A stretch of DNA of 64,000 nucleotides from Mobula hypostoma (lineage: Eukaryota): contig NC_086097.1 of the NCBI RefSeq assembly GCF_963921235.1, positions 41,542,001 through 41,606,000 of the forward strand, in the 5' to 3' direction. Shown here piece after piece: positions 1 through 12,440 of the stretch. Positions within the stretch are counted from its first letter, which is position 1; each line of letters opens with the position of its first letter. The notes below the pieces were generated by a model. It saw nothing but the letters and a program-made list of their open reading frames with translations, was not told the DNA's origin and searched no databases. Position numbers and translations under genes: made by a program.

Positions 1-1258
1 CAGGCTGTTCTGCACAAGGACTTCCAAGACCCTCTGCATCTCAGATTTTTGGATTTCTCCCTGTTTAGAAAATAGTCCACACATTTATTTCTACTACCAA
101 AGTGCATGACCACGCATTTTCCAATATTGTATTTCATTTGCCACTTTCTTGTCCATTCTCCTAATCTCTCTAAGTCCTTCTGCATCCTTCCTGTTTCCTA
201 AACACTACCTGACCCTCCACCAATCTTCGTATCATCTGCAAACTTGGCAACAAAGCCATCTATTCCATCATCTAAATCATTTATATACAGCATAAAAAGA
301 AGTGGTCCCAACACCGACCCCTGCAGAACACCACTAGTCACTGGCAGCCAACCAGAAGAAGATCCATTTATTTCCACTTGCTACCTTCTACCAATCAGCT
401 AATGCTCTAACCATGTTAGTAACTTTTCTGTCATACTTTGGGCTTTTAACTTGTTAAGCAGCCTCATGTGTGGCACTTTGTCAAAGGCCTTCTGAAAGTC
501 CAAATATACAGTACAACATCCACTGCATCCCCTTTATCTATCCTACTAGTAATCTCCTCAGTGAGTTCCAGCAGGTTCGTCAGGCAGGACTTTCCCTGAA
601 GGAAATCATGCTGACTTTGTACTATCTTATCCTCTGTCACCAAATACTCCATCACCTCATCCTTAAAAATTGACTCTAACATTTTCCCAACCACTGAGGT
701 CAGGCTAACTGGTCTATAATTTCCTCCTTCCTCCTTTCTTAAAGAGTGCAGTGACACTTACAATTTTCCAGTCCTCTGGCACCATGCCAGAGTCCAATGA
801 TTTTTGAAAGTTCATTTCTAATGCCACCACAATCTCTAACGCTACCTCTTTCAAAACCCAAGGGTGCAGTTCCTCTGGTCCAGGTGACTTATTTACCTTT
901 AGGTCTTTCAGCTTTTTGAGCAACTTCTCTCTTGTAACGCTTCTCTCTTGTCACCCTGTTCTCTTCCTTCACACACTCAACGTCAGGCATACTGCTAGTG
1001 TATTCCACAGTGAAGACTGACGCAAAATAGTCATTTAGATCATCAGCCAACTCCTTATCCACGTTATTATTTCTCCTGCCTCATTTTCTAGCAGTTCTAT
1101 ATCTACTCTCATTTCTGTTTAATTTTTAACGTACTTGAAAAAACTTTTACTATCCACTTGATATTATTTGCTAGCTTGCTTTCATATTTCATCTTTCCCC
1201 TTCTAATGATATTGTTATTTGTTCTCAATAGGTTTTTAAAAACTTCCCAATCCTCTAT
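1..1258 (-). mobile_element. CR1 LINE ORF2 fragment (decayed), interrupted by a younger CR1
   Basis: ORF fragments 714-923 and 464-757 (KSPGPEELHP, NYRPVSLTSVVGKMLE, KSCLTNL). Sequence resumes after 2654. Confidence 0.9.
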
Positions 1259-2648
1259 AGAAACATAGAAACATAGAAAACATACTGCACAATACAGGCC
1301 CTTCAGCCCACAGTCCTGTGTCGAACATGTATTTACTTTAGAAATTACCTAAGGTTACCCATAGCCCTCTATTTTTCTAAGCTCCATGTACCTATCCAGG
1401 AACCTCTTAAAAGACCCTATCGTACATGCCTCCACCACCGCAGGCGGCAGTTCATTCCACGCACTCACCACCCTCTGCGTAAAAAAAACTTACCCCTGAC
1501 ATCTCCTCTGTACCTTCTTCCAAGCACCTTAAAACTGTGCCCTCTCATGCTAGCCATTTCAGCTCTGGGAAAAAGCCTCTGACTAACCACACGATCAATG
1601 CCTTTCATCTTATACACATCTATCAGGTCACCTCTCATCCTCCGTTGGTCCAAGGAGAAAAGGCCTAGTTCACTCAACCTATTCTCATAAGGCATGCTCC
1701 CCAATCCAGGCAACATCCTTGTAAGTCTCCTCTTCATCCTTTCTATAGTTTCCACATCATTCCTATAGTGAGATGACCAGAACTGAGCACAGTACTCCAA
1801 GTGGGGTCTGACCAGGGTCCTATATAACTGTAACATTACCTCTCGGCTCTTAAACTCAATCTCACGGTTGATGAAAGCCAATGCACCGTATGCCCTTTTA
1901 ACCACACAGTTAACCTGCGCAGCAGCTTTGAGTGTCCTATGGACTCAGACCCCAAGATCCCTCTAATCCTCCACACTGCCAAGAGTCTTACCATTAATAT
2001 TATGCCATATTTGACCTACCAAAATGAACCACCTCACACTTATCTGGGCTGAACTCCAGCTGCCACTTCTCAGCCCATTTTTGCAACCTATCAATGTCCC
2101 GCTGTAACCTCTGACAGCCACCCACACTATATACAATACCCCCAACCTTTATGTCATCAGCAAATTTATTAACCCATCCCTCCACTTTCTCATCCAGGTC
2201 ATTTATAAAAATCACGAAGAGTAAGGGTCCCAGAACAGATCCCTGAGGCACACCACTGGTCACCGACCTCCATGCAGAATATGACCCGTCTACAACCACT
2301 CTTTGCCTTCTGTGGGCAAGCCAAATCTGGATCCACAAAGCAAGATCCTCTTGGATCCCATGCCTCTTTACTTTCTCAATAAGCCTTGCATGGGGTACCT
2401 TATCAAATGCCTTGCTAAAATCCATATACACTACATCTACAGCTCTACCTTCATCAAAGTGATTAGTCACATCCTCAAAAAATTCAGTCAAGCTTGTAAG
2501 GCATGACCTGCCTTTGACAAAACCATGCTGACTATTCCTAATCATATTATGCCTCTCCAAATGTTCATAAATCCTGCCTCTCAAGATCTTTTGCATCAAC
2601 TTACCAACCACTGAAATAAGACTCACTGGTCTAAATTTCCTAGGCTAT
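1259..2648 (-). mobile_element. 5'-truncated CR1 LINE nested in another CR1
   Basis: RT ORFs 2000-2626 (QHGF, DFSKAFD, GVPQGSVLGP, KFADD) and 1465-1905. 3' (CATAGAAA)n microsatellite at ~1259-1280. CTCTAT flanks at 1253-1258 and 2649-2654. Confidence 0.92.
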
Positions 2649-2939
2649 CTCTATCTCTTCCCACAAATTTTTGCTTTGTTGTATGTCCTTTCTTTTACTT
2701 TTACAATATCTTTGACTTCCCTTGCTCTGGGTCTTTCCTCGCTCTGACAACAGGCTCACTGCCTTGCTTGGCCTTGGTTCTGCCACATCAAATTATCTCC
2801 GAGTCCAAATGGAAGTTACAGGCTATATTTGCAGCGATCATTTACCAGAAAAAAAAGAGTGATTTACAAGGTATTTAGTTGTTTTCTTTGTTTCATTGGT
2901 CACCAGCAAGTCATTGATGAGCTTCACCAGTGCCATCCA

Positions 2940-3745
2940 ATCCTATGTCACATCTTTCTAAGGGTTTGATTGAATTTTTTACCAACAGAGCCATTCACCC
3001 GCTCTGTCTACCTGCCTGTCCTTTCTATACAATGTGTATCCTTAGATGTTAAGCTCCGAACTATGATCTTCATTCAGCCATGACTCAGTGATTTCCACAA
3101 CATCATACCTGTCCATCTCTAACTGCACTGTAAGATAATTTACCTTATTCTGCATACTGTGTGCATTCAAATATAACACCTTCAGTCCTGTATTCATCAT
3201 CCTTTGCCTCCAAGTTACACTTCAACTCATTGCACTGACTGTCATTTGCCCTATCATCTGTCTCAACGCACACTGCATCTACTTGTATACCAACTGTCCC
3301 TTTTTCAGTCCTATCATTCCATTCCCATTCTCCTGCCAAATTAGTTTAAACCCTCCCCAACAGCTCTAGCAAACATGCCTGCAAGGATATTAGTCCCCTC
3401 AGGTTCACATGTGAACCATCGTTTTTTTATTGGTCATACCTTCCCCAAAAGATATCCCAGTGATCCAGAAATCTGAAATCCTGCTCCCTTGCACCAATTC
3501 CTCAGCCACGCATTCATCTGCCAAATTATCCTATTCTTACCATTAGTGGTACATGGTACAGGCATCAATCCAGAGATTTCTGTTTTCATCTTTCTACCTA
3601 ACTCTCTGTATTCTTTCTTCAGGACCTTCTCCCTTTTCCTACCTATGTCGTTGGTATCTCACCCTTTCCCTTTAGAATACTGTGGATCCAAGCTGAGACA
3701 TTCCTGACCCTGGCACCTGGGAGGCAACATACCATCCGGGTGTCT
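2940..3745 (-). mobile_element. CR1 5' region (end of ORF1, start of ORF2 endonuclease), decayed
   Basis: Resembles the CR1 ORF1/ORF2 junction (reverse of gtgttatatttgaatgcacacagtat; ETWL-like codons near 3080). No intact ORF. Confidence 0.65.
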
Positions 3746-4059
3746 CCACTTACACCTCACTTCGTATTATTGACCCTTGCCAAATGTCTAATAGATCATT
3801 ATGATTGCAACCACATCCCCCCCCCCCGAAAAGTTCTGAAAGGTCCCGAGCTCTTTTTAAAACCTTGCGCGGTCTCTGCCAAACAAGTGATGACTGCAGC
3901 CTGCCGAAAACTTCTGAAAGGTTCTTTTAAACCTTATGCCACCTGAGCCAAACAAACAACTGCTCATGATGATTGCAGCCTGCTGAAAACCAGTTATCCT
4001 CATTCATTTCAAAGACAAAAACCCTAGCTCATTCAAACTACCTTCACAAAATATGCTGT

Positions 4060-5230
4060 CTTGTACAGATAGCATTCTGGTAAATATCCTCTGTAACCTC
4101 CCTAAATTTCTATAATGAGGGGGCCAAAAATGAACACTATATTCCAAGTGTGGTCAAACTAGAGTTTTATAGAGCCACCACATTACCTCACAGCCACTGA
4201 ACACTATCACCTTACTAATGAAGGCCCACACACTATAAACTTTCTTAAACATCCTATCAATGGGTGGCAGTTTTAAGGGACTGCTGGACATGTATCAACC
4301 TTCCAAAGTGTATCATTTCACACTTTTCCAGATTGATCTCCATCTGCAGCTTCTCTGCATCCTATCGATGACCCATTGTAATCTTAGACGACCTTCTACA
4401 CCATCCGCAACATCACCAACCATTGTGTCATCAGTAAATTTATTCACCCACCCTTCTGCTTCCTGATCCAAGTCATTTATGAAAGCCACAAAGAGCCGTG
4501 GTCCCAGAACAGATCCCTGCAGAACACCGCTGGTCACCAATATGTTCTATCTACAGTACAACCACCCTCTTCCTTTGGGCAAGCTATTTCTGAATCCACA
4601 CAGCAATGTTTCCCTGGATCCCATGCCTCCTGACTTCCTAAATGAGCCTACCATGGGGAATCTTCTGAAACGCCTTACTAAAATCCATATACACCACATC
4701 CACTGCTCTGCCTTCATCAATGTGCTTTGCCACGTCATCAAAGAATTCAGTCAGGCTTGTGAGGCATATCCTGTTCCTCATAAAGCCATGTTGATTATCT
4801 CTAATCAGGCTCTGCTTCCCAAAATGCTTATAAATCTTGTTTCTATGAATCCTCTTCACCAATGAAATTAGTCTCACTGGTCTATAGTCCCAGGATTATC
4901 CCTATTGCCTTTCCTGAATAAAAGAATAACATTTGCAAACCTCCAATTGTCTGGTACTACCCCTGTGGCCAGTGAGGAGGCAAAGGTCATTACCAAAGGT
5001 GCAGCAGTCTTTCCTCTTGTTTCTATTGTAACCTGGGGATATCCTGTTCAACTCTGGGGATTTACAGTATCTATCCTAATGTTTTCAAAAGTTCCAGCAC
5101 ATCCTCTTTCTTAACCTCAACATGCTCCTATATATCAGTCCATTGTACACTGTTCATACATTGTCAAGGCCCCTCTCACTGGAGAATACGGAAGCAAAGT
5201 ATTCATTGAAGACCTCCCCAACCTCCTCCC
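4060..5230 (-). mobile_element. CR1 RT fragment
   Basis: ORFs 4638-4877 (QHGF, DFSKAF) and 4313-4540 (GVLQGSVLGP, KFTDD). Confidence 0.9.
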
Positions 5231-6852
5231 AGAGGTGGAGGAACAGCTAATTTTGTGGAGGCAGGAAGTTTGCAGAAACAATTGGACAGGTTAGAAAAGT
5301 AGTCAAAGAAAGGACAAATGGAATACAGCTTGGTAAGGTATGCACTTTGTTAGGAAGAATAAAGGTGTGGACTATTTCCTAAATGGGATGAAAATGCAGA
5401 ACTTGGAGATATAAAGGAACTTTTCTTGGTTCAGAATTCTCTTTAAGTTTATCTTGCAGGTTGGGTCAGTTGTCAAGAAGATGCATGCAGTGTTAGCATT
5501 CATTTCGGGAGGACTAGAACATAAAAGCAAGAATGCCTAACCGAAGCTTTTTAAGGTGTTTCTCAAAGGTTCAAGTTTCAAACGTGCAAAGATTCATTTA
5601 TTATTGAAGTATACAACTATGAAATTCTTCAAATCTATGGGTAGCCATGAAGTCAAGAAAGGAAGGGAAAGAAAGGCAGCTCGATCATCAACCCCCAAAT
5701 CCCAGAGCCCTGCAAAAAAACCCGGAAAAAACGGAAAAGGCACGTCAACCCCCAAACACCACAGCCCCGCAAAAAAGACAAAAGAAAGCGGAAAAGGTAC
5801 ATCAACCCCCAAATCCCACCTCCTGCGCAAAAGCTGTGCAAAACAGACCAGACACATCGAGCCCCCCCATCCCTCCTCCGCAGAAAGAAAACAAACCAAA
5901 CCAATCAGACACATTGACACCCCCCCCCAATCCCTCCTCCCGCAGAAACAAACGAATCAAACTGATCAGGTACATCAACCTCCAAATCCCTCCTCCCGCA
6001 GAAGAAAATGAACAATATGCATCAGGCATATCGACCCCCAAATCCCTCCTCCTGCACCAAAAAAAAAATGAACAAAACGGTTCAGACACATCGACCCCCA
6101 AATCCCTCCTCCCACAGAAAAAATACGAACAAAATAGATCAGGCACATCAATCACCAAATTCCTCATCCAGCCCAAAAAAAACAAACAAGAAAGTTCAGG
6201 CACATCGACCCCCAAATCCCTCCTCCCTCACAAAAAAAGCAATGATTCAATGATTCAATCCCCCCCCCATCGCTTTATTCGTCGAACAATGGGATCTTTA
6301 ATCAGCAACCACATTCAGACCACATTTGGTATACTGTGAGCAGTTTTGGGCCTTGTATCTAACTAAGCATTTGCTGGCCATAGAGAGGGTCCAGAATATG
6401 TTCAACCCTAACCCTAACGCTTTCATCCTGGGGATGAAAGATTGATCATATGAAAAGAGTATGAGGGTTCTGGGCCTTTACTCGATGGAGTTTAGAAGGA
6501 TGCAGAGAATCTCATTGAAATCTACCATATACTGAAAGGCCTTGATCAGGTGGACATGGAAAGGATGTTCTCAACAGTAGAAGAGTTTGAACTGATAGAA
6601 CCCAATGGCAGAGCCTCAGAATAAAGAGGTATCTCTTTAGAACTGGTTTGAGGAGGAATTTCTTCAGTCGGAGGGTGAAGACTCTGTGGAACTGGTTGCC
6701 ATTGAGAGATGTAGAGGCAAAGTTATTGGATGTTTTTAAAGCAGAAATCAATAGTTTCTTGTTTAGTAAAAGGTTAAGGGTTATGGGGAGAATGTGATTC
6801 AGTTAAAAAATTTCAGGCAAGGTTGAATGGCCTAATTTTGTTCCTATATCTT
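5231..6852 (+). mobile_element. CR1 3' fragment split by an insertion at ~5560-6312
   Basis: CR1 C-terminal coding remnant on both sides (gaagctttttaaggtg ... cagaccacatttggtatactgtgagcagttttgg). CR1 3' end gaatggcctaattttgttcctatatctt at ~6825-6852. Confidence 0.75.
5680..6240. repeat. Minisatellite array, ~10 units of 54-61 bp, inside a non-autonomous retroelement
   Basis: Anchor CATC(G/A)ACCCCCAAATCCCTCCTCC recurs near 5686, 5742, 5800, 5854, 5911, 5972, 6029, 6089, 6146, 6203. Confidence 0.9.
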
Positions 6853-7110
6853 GATCGGCAAGCAATGAGATCTTTAATCGGCAACTACATTCAGACCACA
6901 TTTGGTATACTGTGAGCAGTTTATAGTCAATATGGGCACAGGAAGATGCAAATATAGAAATTAGTGATTTTTATTCTGTGCCTATAAGCAAAGTGGCGAA
7001 TGGGATTCAAGATAATTTGAAAAAAAATATATTCTGGGACACAGCAAAATCTTTTGAAGAACTTCCAAATTTGGTATTTCTGCCATCTAAAACCAAAATG
7101 ATTGGGGAAA

Positions 7111-7269
7111 GCAACACACATCAAAGTTGCTGGTGAACGCAGCAGGCCAGGCAGGGTCTCGGCCTGAAACGTCGACTGCACCTCTTCCTAGAGATGCTGC
7201 CTGGCCTGCTGCATTCACCAGCAACTTTGATGTGTGTTGCTTGAATTTCCAGCATCTGCAGAATTCCTG
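7111..7269 (+). mobile_element. Penelope-like 3'-end mini-palindrome with 13-bp TSD
   Basis: TSD ATGATTGGGGAAA at 7098-7110 and 7270-7282. The left ~44-nt arm is the reverse complement of ~7197-7240. Sequence matches the ends of the 21834-24085 element. Confidence 0.92.
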
Positions 7270-8819
7270 ATGATTGGGGAAATCAGATTTAAGTAAATGA
7301 GTGAGAAATTTACTCTTTAATTTGGGCCTTTTCGAGCATTAGGTTATGTACATGTTGTTGAAAGGAAACTAGAATCTAATGTGTAAAAATCACCTTGCAT
7401 GCCCAGCAAAAATGTGATAAATCTATTTGCTACTCAATATGCAAATTATCATTCATTAGGGAGATAGTCTGACATTTTGAGATAACACTTATTTTCCTTG
7501 ACGAGTTTGTTCTTAACTCTAAGGTGATTCGAGACACTTGTGAAGTACAATAAAAGTGAGTGCCAATGTGATGTGCAGACCTCAGTGATTGGGGTATTAA
7601 ACAATCATAATAGGAGGAAATGAATCCGGAGCTAGAATATATTCAGAGATATACAGGTAATGCTGGGAAGGGAGAACGTGTGGCTGAACCCTTATGGTGC
7701 TCATTAAATATAACTGTTACAGCAAAAGAACACAAGGTAACTAATGTTATTCAAAAGCATGATTTTTTTTTGTTCTGCTTGACATGCAGACCAGGAAGCA
7801 AACAGCACTGGAATTCATTTCAAAGTAAGTGAGCGAAGCTGTGTACAAGCACTCTCTGAGAGAAATGTGATAGCTAGCTTAGAACAAAATTTGGAAAGGT
7901 TAGATTGCAGCTGAGAAGTTTATCGGGATAAAAATGGGATTGATGTAGGATTGGTGTAAGTTGTTGGTGTCGACTCAGTGGGCCAAAGGACTTGTTTCCA
8001 TTTGTGTGGCTTTATGATATAGAGGAATTGATGTCTAATAGTTACATCGCAGCGTGTTTCATAATTTTCAGCAGACATTCATTAATGTGTCTCACCCGAA
8101 AGGAAAATGTTGCCTGAGCAAAGGAGGAAATAGCAAATGGTTAAGTAATAAAATGCATCAGTGATATGGCAGTACTTTTCAGGGCCAGTTACCAGGAGAA
8201 AAAAGTAGAGCCCTAAGGCTTGGTTAAAAAGGTGGCTTCTCAAGGTGAGAGATGGAAAAGTGGATAACCTAAGGAAGGCACTTTCAGAGCAAAAGGCCCA
8301 GGTAGCAGAGAGACTCCTCTGGATACCTGTGCTCTGCTGGTACCTCTTAACTCAGGTTTTCTACTTCTGTTCATGACGGTTATAAATACTGATAAAAATA
8401 TAGAAGAGAATTTTTCAAAGTTATCAGATAAAGAATTCTGCAGGAAGGAAGTCAGTGAAATGTAAGGAGGTGCTTAGGGATTAGCAACTGAACAGATGGT
8501 CTACAATAATGTGAAATGTTTGGTATACTTTGGTATCAAAATAAGCACTTTGAAGCAAGGGCAGATAAGGTGAGATGAGAAAAGAAAATCTCTGCTTACT
8601 TGTTGGCGAAACACCAAAATCATCTCTGGAAAGCAACAGTTGTGAAGATAAACAAAATATTTGAGTATATAAATATATCAGAAATATTGGAGAGTATACA
8701 GTACATCAGGGGTGCTGTCCACTGTCTAGGTGAGTTGAATTGTTCACTTGTCTGATGTTAAATTAACCAAGCATTGTAAAGACCAGAGTGCCTTTGTTTT
8801 GCCTTCATTAATCTTGAAG

Positions 8820-9985
8820 AGAAGAGAAAAGAGAGAGAAACGCTGAATTGTGATAAAGGAAGGTCACTGGAGCTGTGCTGGGTCATGAGATAAAGACAGT
8901 GGATAATCAGGTGGAATCAGTTTGCCTGAGATCCTGAAGAGCAAGGGCAGGAAAACACGGGTGAGAATAATTTATAGACCCCTGAAATGTGACCGCTCAA
9001 TAGGAAATAAATGTGGAAGTATCAAGGGCATTTTAGAAGGAAACTGCAGTTCTCATTGGAAGATTGTAACTTACATATTAATCAGATGAATCAGTGGACG
9101 AGAGTATTGTGGAAGTAGTGGTCATGGCAAACATTGGAGATTGCCCATTAGGACAGTACATTGCATAATATATTCGGGAACAGTCTATTTTAGATTTGGT
9201 TGTTTGTAATGAGGAGGGTTTTTTCTGGTGGTTAAATATCCTCTCGAGGGTAATGACCACAACATGAAAGAACACAAAGTGCACTTTGAGGATGAATACA
9301 ATTGACCCATAGCCAATGTTTTCAGTTTAAATAAAGGCAATTATACTGGTATGATGGTAGAGTTGTCTAAGGTGGATTGAGTAATCAAGCCAAAAGACAT
9401 ATCAGCAGCTGAACATTGGCAGATACTCAAACAGCTGATCTGTAAAGCAGGAATGTAATGTTGAGGCTTTATAAGGCACTGGTTAGGCCTCACTTGGAGT
9501 ATTGTGAACAGTTTTGGACTCCTTATCTGAGAAAGGATGTGCTGCCATTGGAGAGAGTTCAAAGATAATTCCGGAATTGAAAGGCTTGTCATTTGAAGAG
9601 CGTTTGATGGCTCTGGGCCCGTACTCACTGGAATTCAGAAGTATGATCGGTGACCTCATTAAAACCTATTGAATGTTTAAAGGCCCCGTGAGAGAAGATG
9701 TGGAGAGTATGTTTCCTATGATAGGGGAGTCTAAGATCAGAGGACACAGCCTCAGAATAGAGGGCTATCCTTTTAGAACGGAGACGAGGAGGAATTTCTT
9801 TAGCCAGGGAGTGGTGAATCTGTGGAAGTCATTGCCACAGGCAGCTACAGATGCCAATGACAGATTTCTACATATAGTTAAGGCAGATGTTGATAGGTTC
9901 TCGATTGGTCACTGCATGAAGTGTATGGGGAGAAGGCAGGAAGCCGGGTTGGGAGGAGAAAATGGGTGGGCTGTGATGAAATGTT
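8820..9985 (+). mobile_element. Decayed CR1 (endonuclease remnant joined to 3' end)
   Basis: RPHLEYC-type codons at ~9485; ORF 9673-9993 (RGHSLRI, RRNFFSQGVVNLW). Confidence 0.8.
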
Positions 9986-10204
9986 ACCTATAATATATTG
10001 TGCCTGTAAAAAGTCTTCACCCCCCCGCCCCAGAAGCTTTCATGTTTTATTGCTTTACTACTTGAATTACAGTGGATTTAATTTGGCTTTTTAACACTGA
10101 TCAACAGAAAAAGACTTTTGTTTCAAAGTGAAAACAGATTTCGCGAAAATGATCTAAATTAATTACAGATATGAAACACAAAATAATTAACTCTCTTACT
10201 TTAT

Positions 10205-10450
10205 TATGTTATGTATACCCCATTATGATAACAGGGCATTCCCAGAAAATATGATAATGGTTTGCATTTTGATTTCCACAATTTCTCCAGCAAGCAGGGG
10301 GGTTACTATTATAATGGGATTCCTGAGAGGGTGTAATAAAATATCTTATCAAGTCTTTCCACCCGAACTCCCTCCATTTCTGTGAACTGGTACACTTCCA
10401 TTGATACCTCCATATTATTGTCCAATCTTCATGAGGGGTGATCTTATTCA
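10205..10450 (-). mobile_element. L1/Tx1-type ORF2 C-terminal cysteine-rich fragment
   Basis: ORF 10209-10451 contains CWRNCG...HYHIFWECP (CCHC zinc knuckle of L1-clade ORF2). Confidence 0.75.
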
Positions 10451-11216
10451 AAAACTGAAGATCTCAAGGGGGTTTGACAGTCTTAATGTTGGATATTTTC
10501 TCCAGTGGGAGAGTCTCAAACAATGGGATGTAAATACAAGAGCTCAGATATTCTAGCAGGAAATGGAATCTCTGGAATTCTCTGCCCCTGAGGGTGGTGG
10601 GTGCTGGATCTTTGGGAATGTTTAAAGCAGAACTAAATAAGATTCCGATGGATTGAGGAATAGAAGAGTATGGAAAAATGACGCAGAAGAAGAGTTGAGT
10701 CCAGTATATTAGTTATGATCATATTAAATGCAGGGCAAGGCTGGAAGAGTCTGAAGACTTATTCCTGTTCTAACCTTTTGCATTCATGTTTGCTCAAGCA
10801 AAGTATGGACTGATATGAAAATGTGCTTCTTAGATTTGAATACCCTTCTGCCGTCACAGCAAGTGCCTTACTGGACTCAAGTGCCAATTTCTTTCCTATT
10901 TGCGACAAATCATCAAATAACCTGTGTTTTATAGCAGTTTTCACAACCTTACATGAACTCTTCATAACCACTGAAGTATCTCTGATGCGAAGGCATTGTA
11001 TGAGACTGTGGCAGTTAACTTGTGCACAACAAGTTCCCACAGATTAGCAATGAGATGATGACTAGCTAGCCTGGATTTTATAATAATAATTGAGATATCA
11101 GCCAGAACACCAGGAATAACTATTCTGCTGTTCTTCAGAATACTTCAATGCAATATTATACATCTACTTAAGAAACTAAGGGGCAGTACATTCAACAGAG
11201 CAGGAGAGCACTGCTC

Positions 11217-11255
<39 letters not shown>

Positions 11256-11262
11256 AGAGAGA
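11217..11262. repeat. (GA)n microsatellite
   Basis: Run of GA dinucleotides with one GCGC interruption. Confidence 0.97.
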
Positions 11263-11456
11263 CTAAATACTGCAACTTCTGACTCAGTGATAAGTGCCAC
11301 CATATCTTGGTTGCATCTTAAGTATCTGTTCAATTTGCTTTGACTTGCTTTTCATTATGGATAATCCTTGTCTTTGTACATGAGCCTGGCTACCTAGCTG
11401 AATCTGACCAAGCCCAACTTCATGTCATGGTTTTGGGTTAAGTCAGCTTTGAATAA

Positions 11457-12130
11457 GGAGAAGATGGCGGCACGACGACAGCACGCGCAGCCACTTCGGT
11501 GGTGATGTCTGTTATCTGTCAAGTAGGGGACTGTGCACAATTCTGATTTGATGGAGACAGACGTGAGAGTACAGAGGAAAATCTGGAAAACTTCTGAAAT
11601 GCCCGCTTCGCTGTCGCTGCTACTGTAACTGGAATCTTCGGAGCAAAAGGCCCCGAAATCCTCGGCTTTGCGTGTTTCAGCAGCCAGGGTGAGGTCGAAG
11701 GTGCGCGGCAGAGGATGGCGCTCGGGAGGCTGCATTGGAGAGGCTGGTTGGAAGCTCAAAGTTTTTGGACAGATGGACTCAGTGTCGGCTGTGGTCAGCT
11801 GCTTCCAAGGCATTGGCAAGTTGACGGTGCCTGGAGGTTTATGGCAGGGAGTTTCTCCCTTTTGCCACCTGCTATCAGGGATTCGGGAGTCGATCGACTC
11901 TGGGACTTTTGAGACTTTATTTACCGTGCCCATGGTTTGTTCTTCATCAAATTATGGTATTGCTTTGCACTGCTGTAACTATATGTTATAATCATGTGGT
12001 TCTGTCAGTGTTAGTCTTTGGTTTGTCCTGTTTTCTGTGATATCACTCCGGAGAAACATTGTATCATTTCTTAATACGTATACGCGTTTCTAAATGACAA
12101 TAAAAGAGGACTGAGTGTTCTCATAATCTA
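11457..12130 (+). mobile_element. Young, CpG-rich non-autonomous retroelement (probably Rex1/Babar-mobilised)
   Basis: Starts GGAGAAGATGGCGGC (YY1-like motif also at the 5' end of the Rex element, ~46828). CpG-rich 5' half, T-rich 3' half ending aatgacaataaaagagg...cataatcta. No coherent ORF. Partner LINE is inferred. Confidence 0.6.
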
Positions 12131-12134
12131 AATA

Positions 12135-12440
12135 AAGATTAGCTTTATTCGTCATGTGCATCAAAGCATAAAGCAAAATACATCACTTGTATCAAATCAA
12201 ATTCGTGTCAATTGTGCTGGGAGCAACCTGCTCGTGTCGCCACTTTTCCAGTGCCAATATAGCTTGTCCACAACTTACCAGACCTGACTGGAACCATGTG
12301 TCTTTGGAATTCGGGAGGGCGGCCATGCAGTCATTTGGAGAGGTACAATCTCAGTACAGACAGCGGTGGGAATTGAATCCCGACTGGTGATCGCCAGCTG
12401 ATCAATGATAAAGTGTGCTAACCCCTATGCTACTGTGCTA
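12135..12440 (-). mobile_element. tRNA-derived SINE (decayed)
   Basis: On the minus strand: A-box-like GTAGCATAGGGGTTAGC and B-box-like GGGATTCAATTCCC; tail ends AATAAAGCTAATCTT. Confidence 0.65.

Noticed and set aside
5556..6339. Overlapping Pro/Lys-rich ORFs up to 230 aa; array superficially CRISPR-like
   Set aside because: By-product of a stop-poor minisatellite. Units are homologous throughout (no unique spacers), there are no cas genes, and the context is eukaryotic.
6403..6419. Telomere-like AACCCTAACCCTAAC
   Set aside because: Only ~2 units inside a CR1 fragment; too short to call an interstitial telomere.
11394..11991. 179-aa and 107-aa ORFs
   Set aside because: They lie in a GC-rich non-autonomous repeat, with no domain motifs or splice support.
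12340..12440. tRNA gene
   Set aside because: Only degenerate A/B boxes of a SINE head; no cloverleaf.
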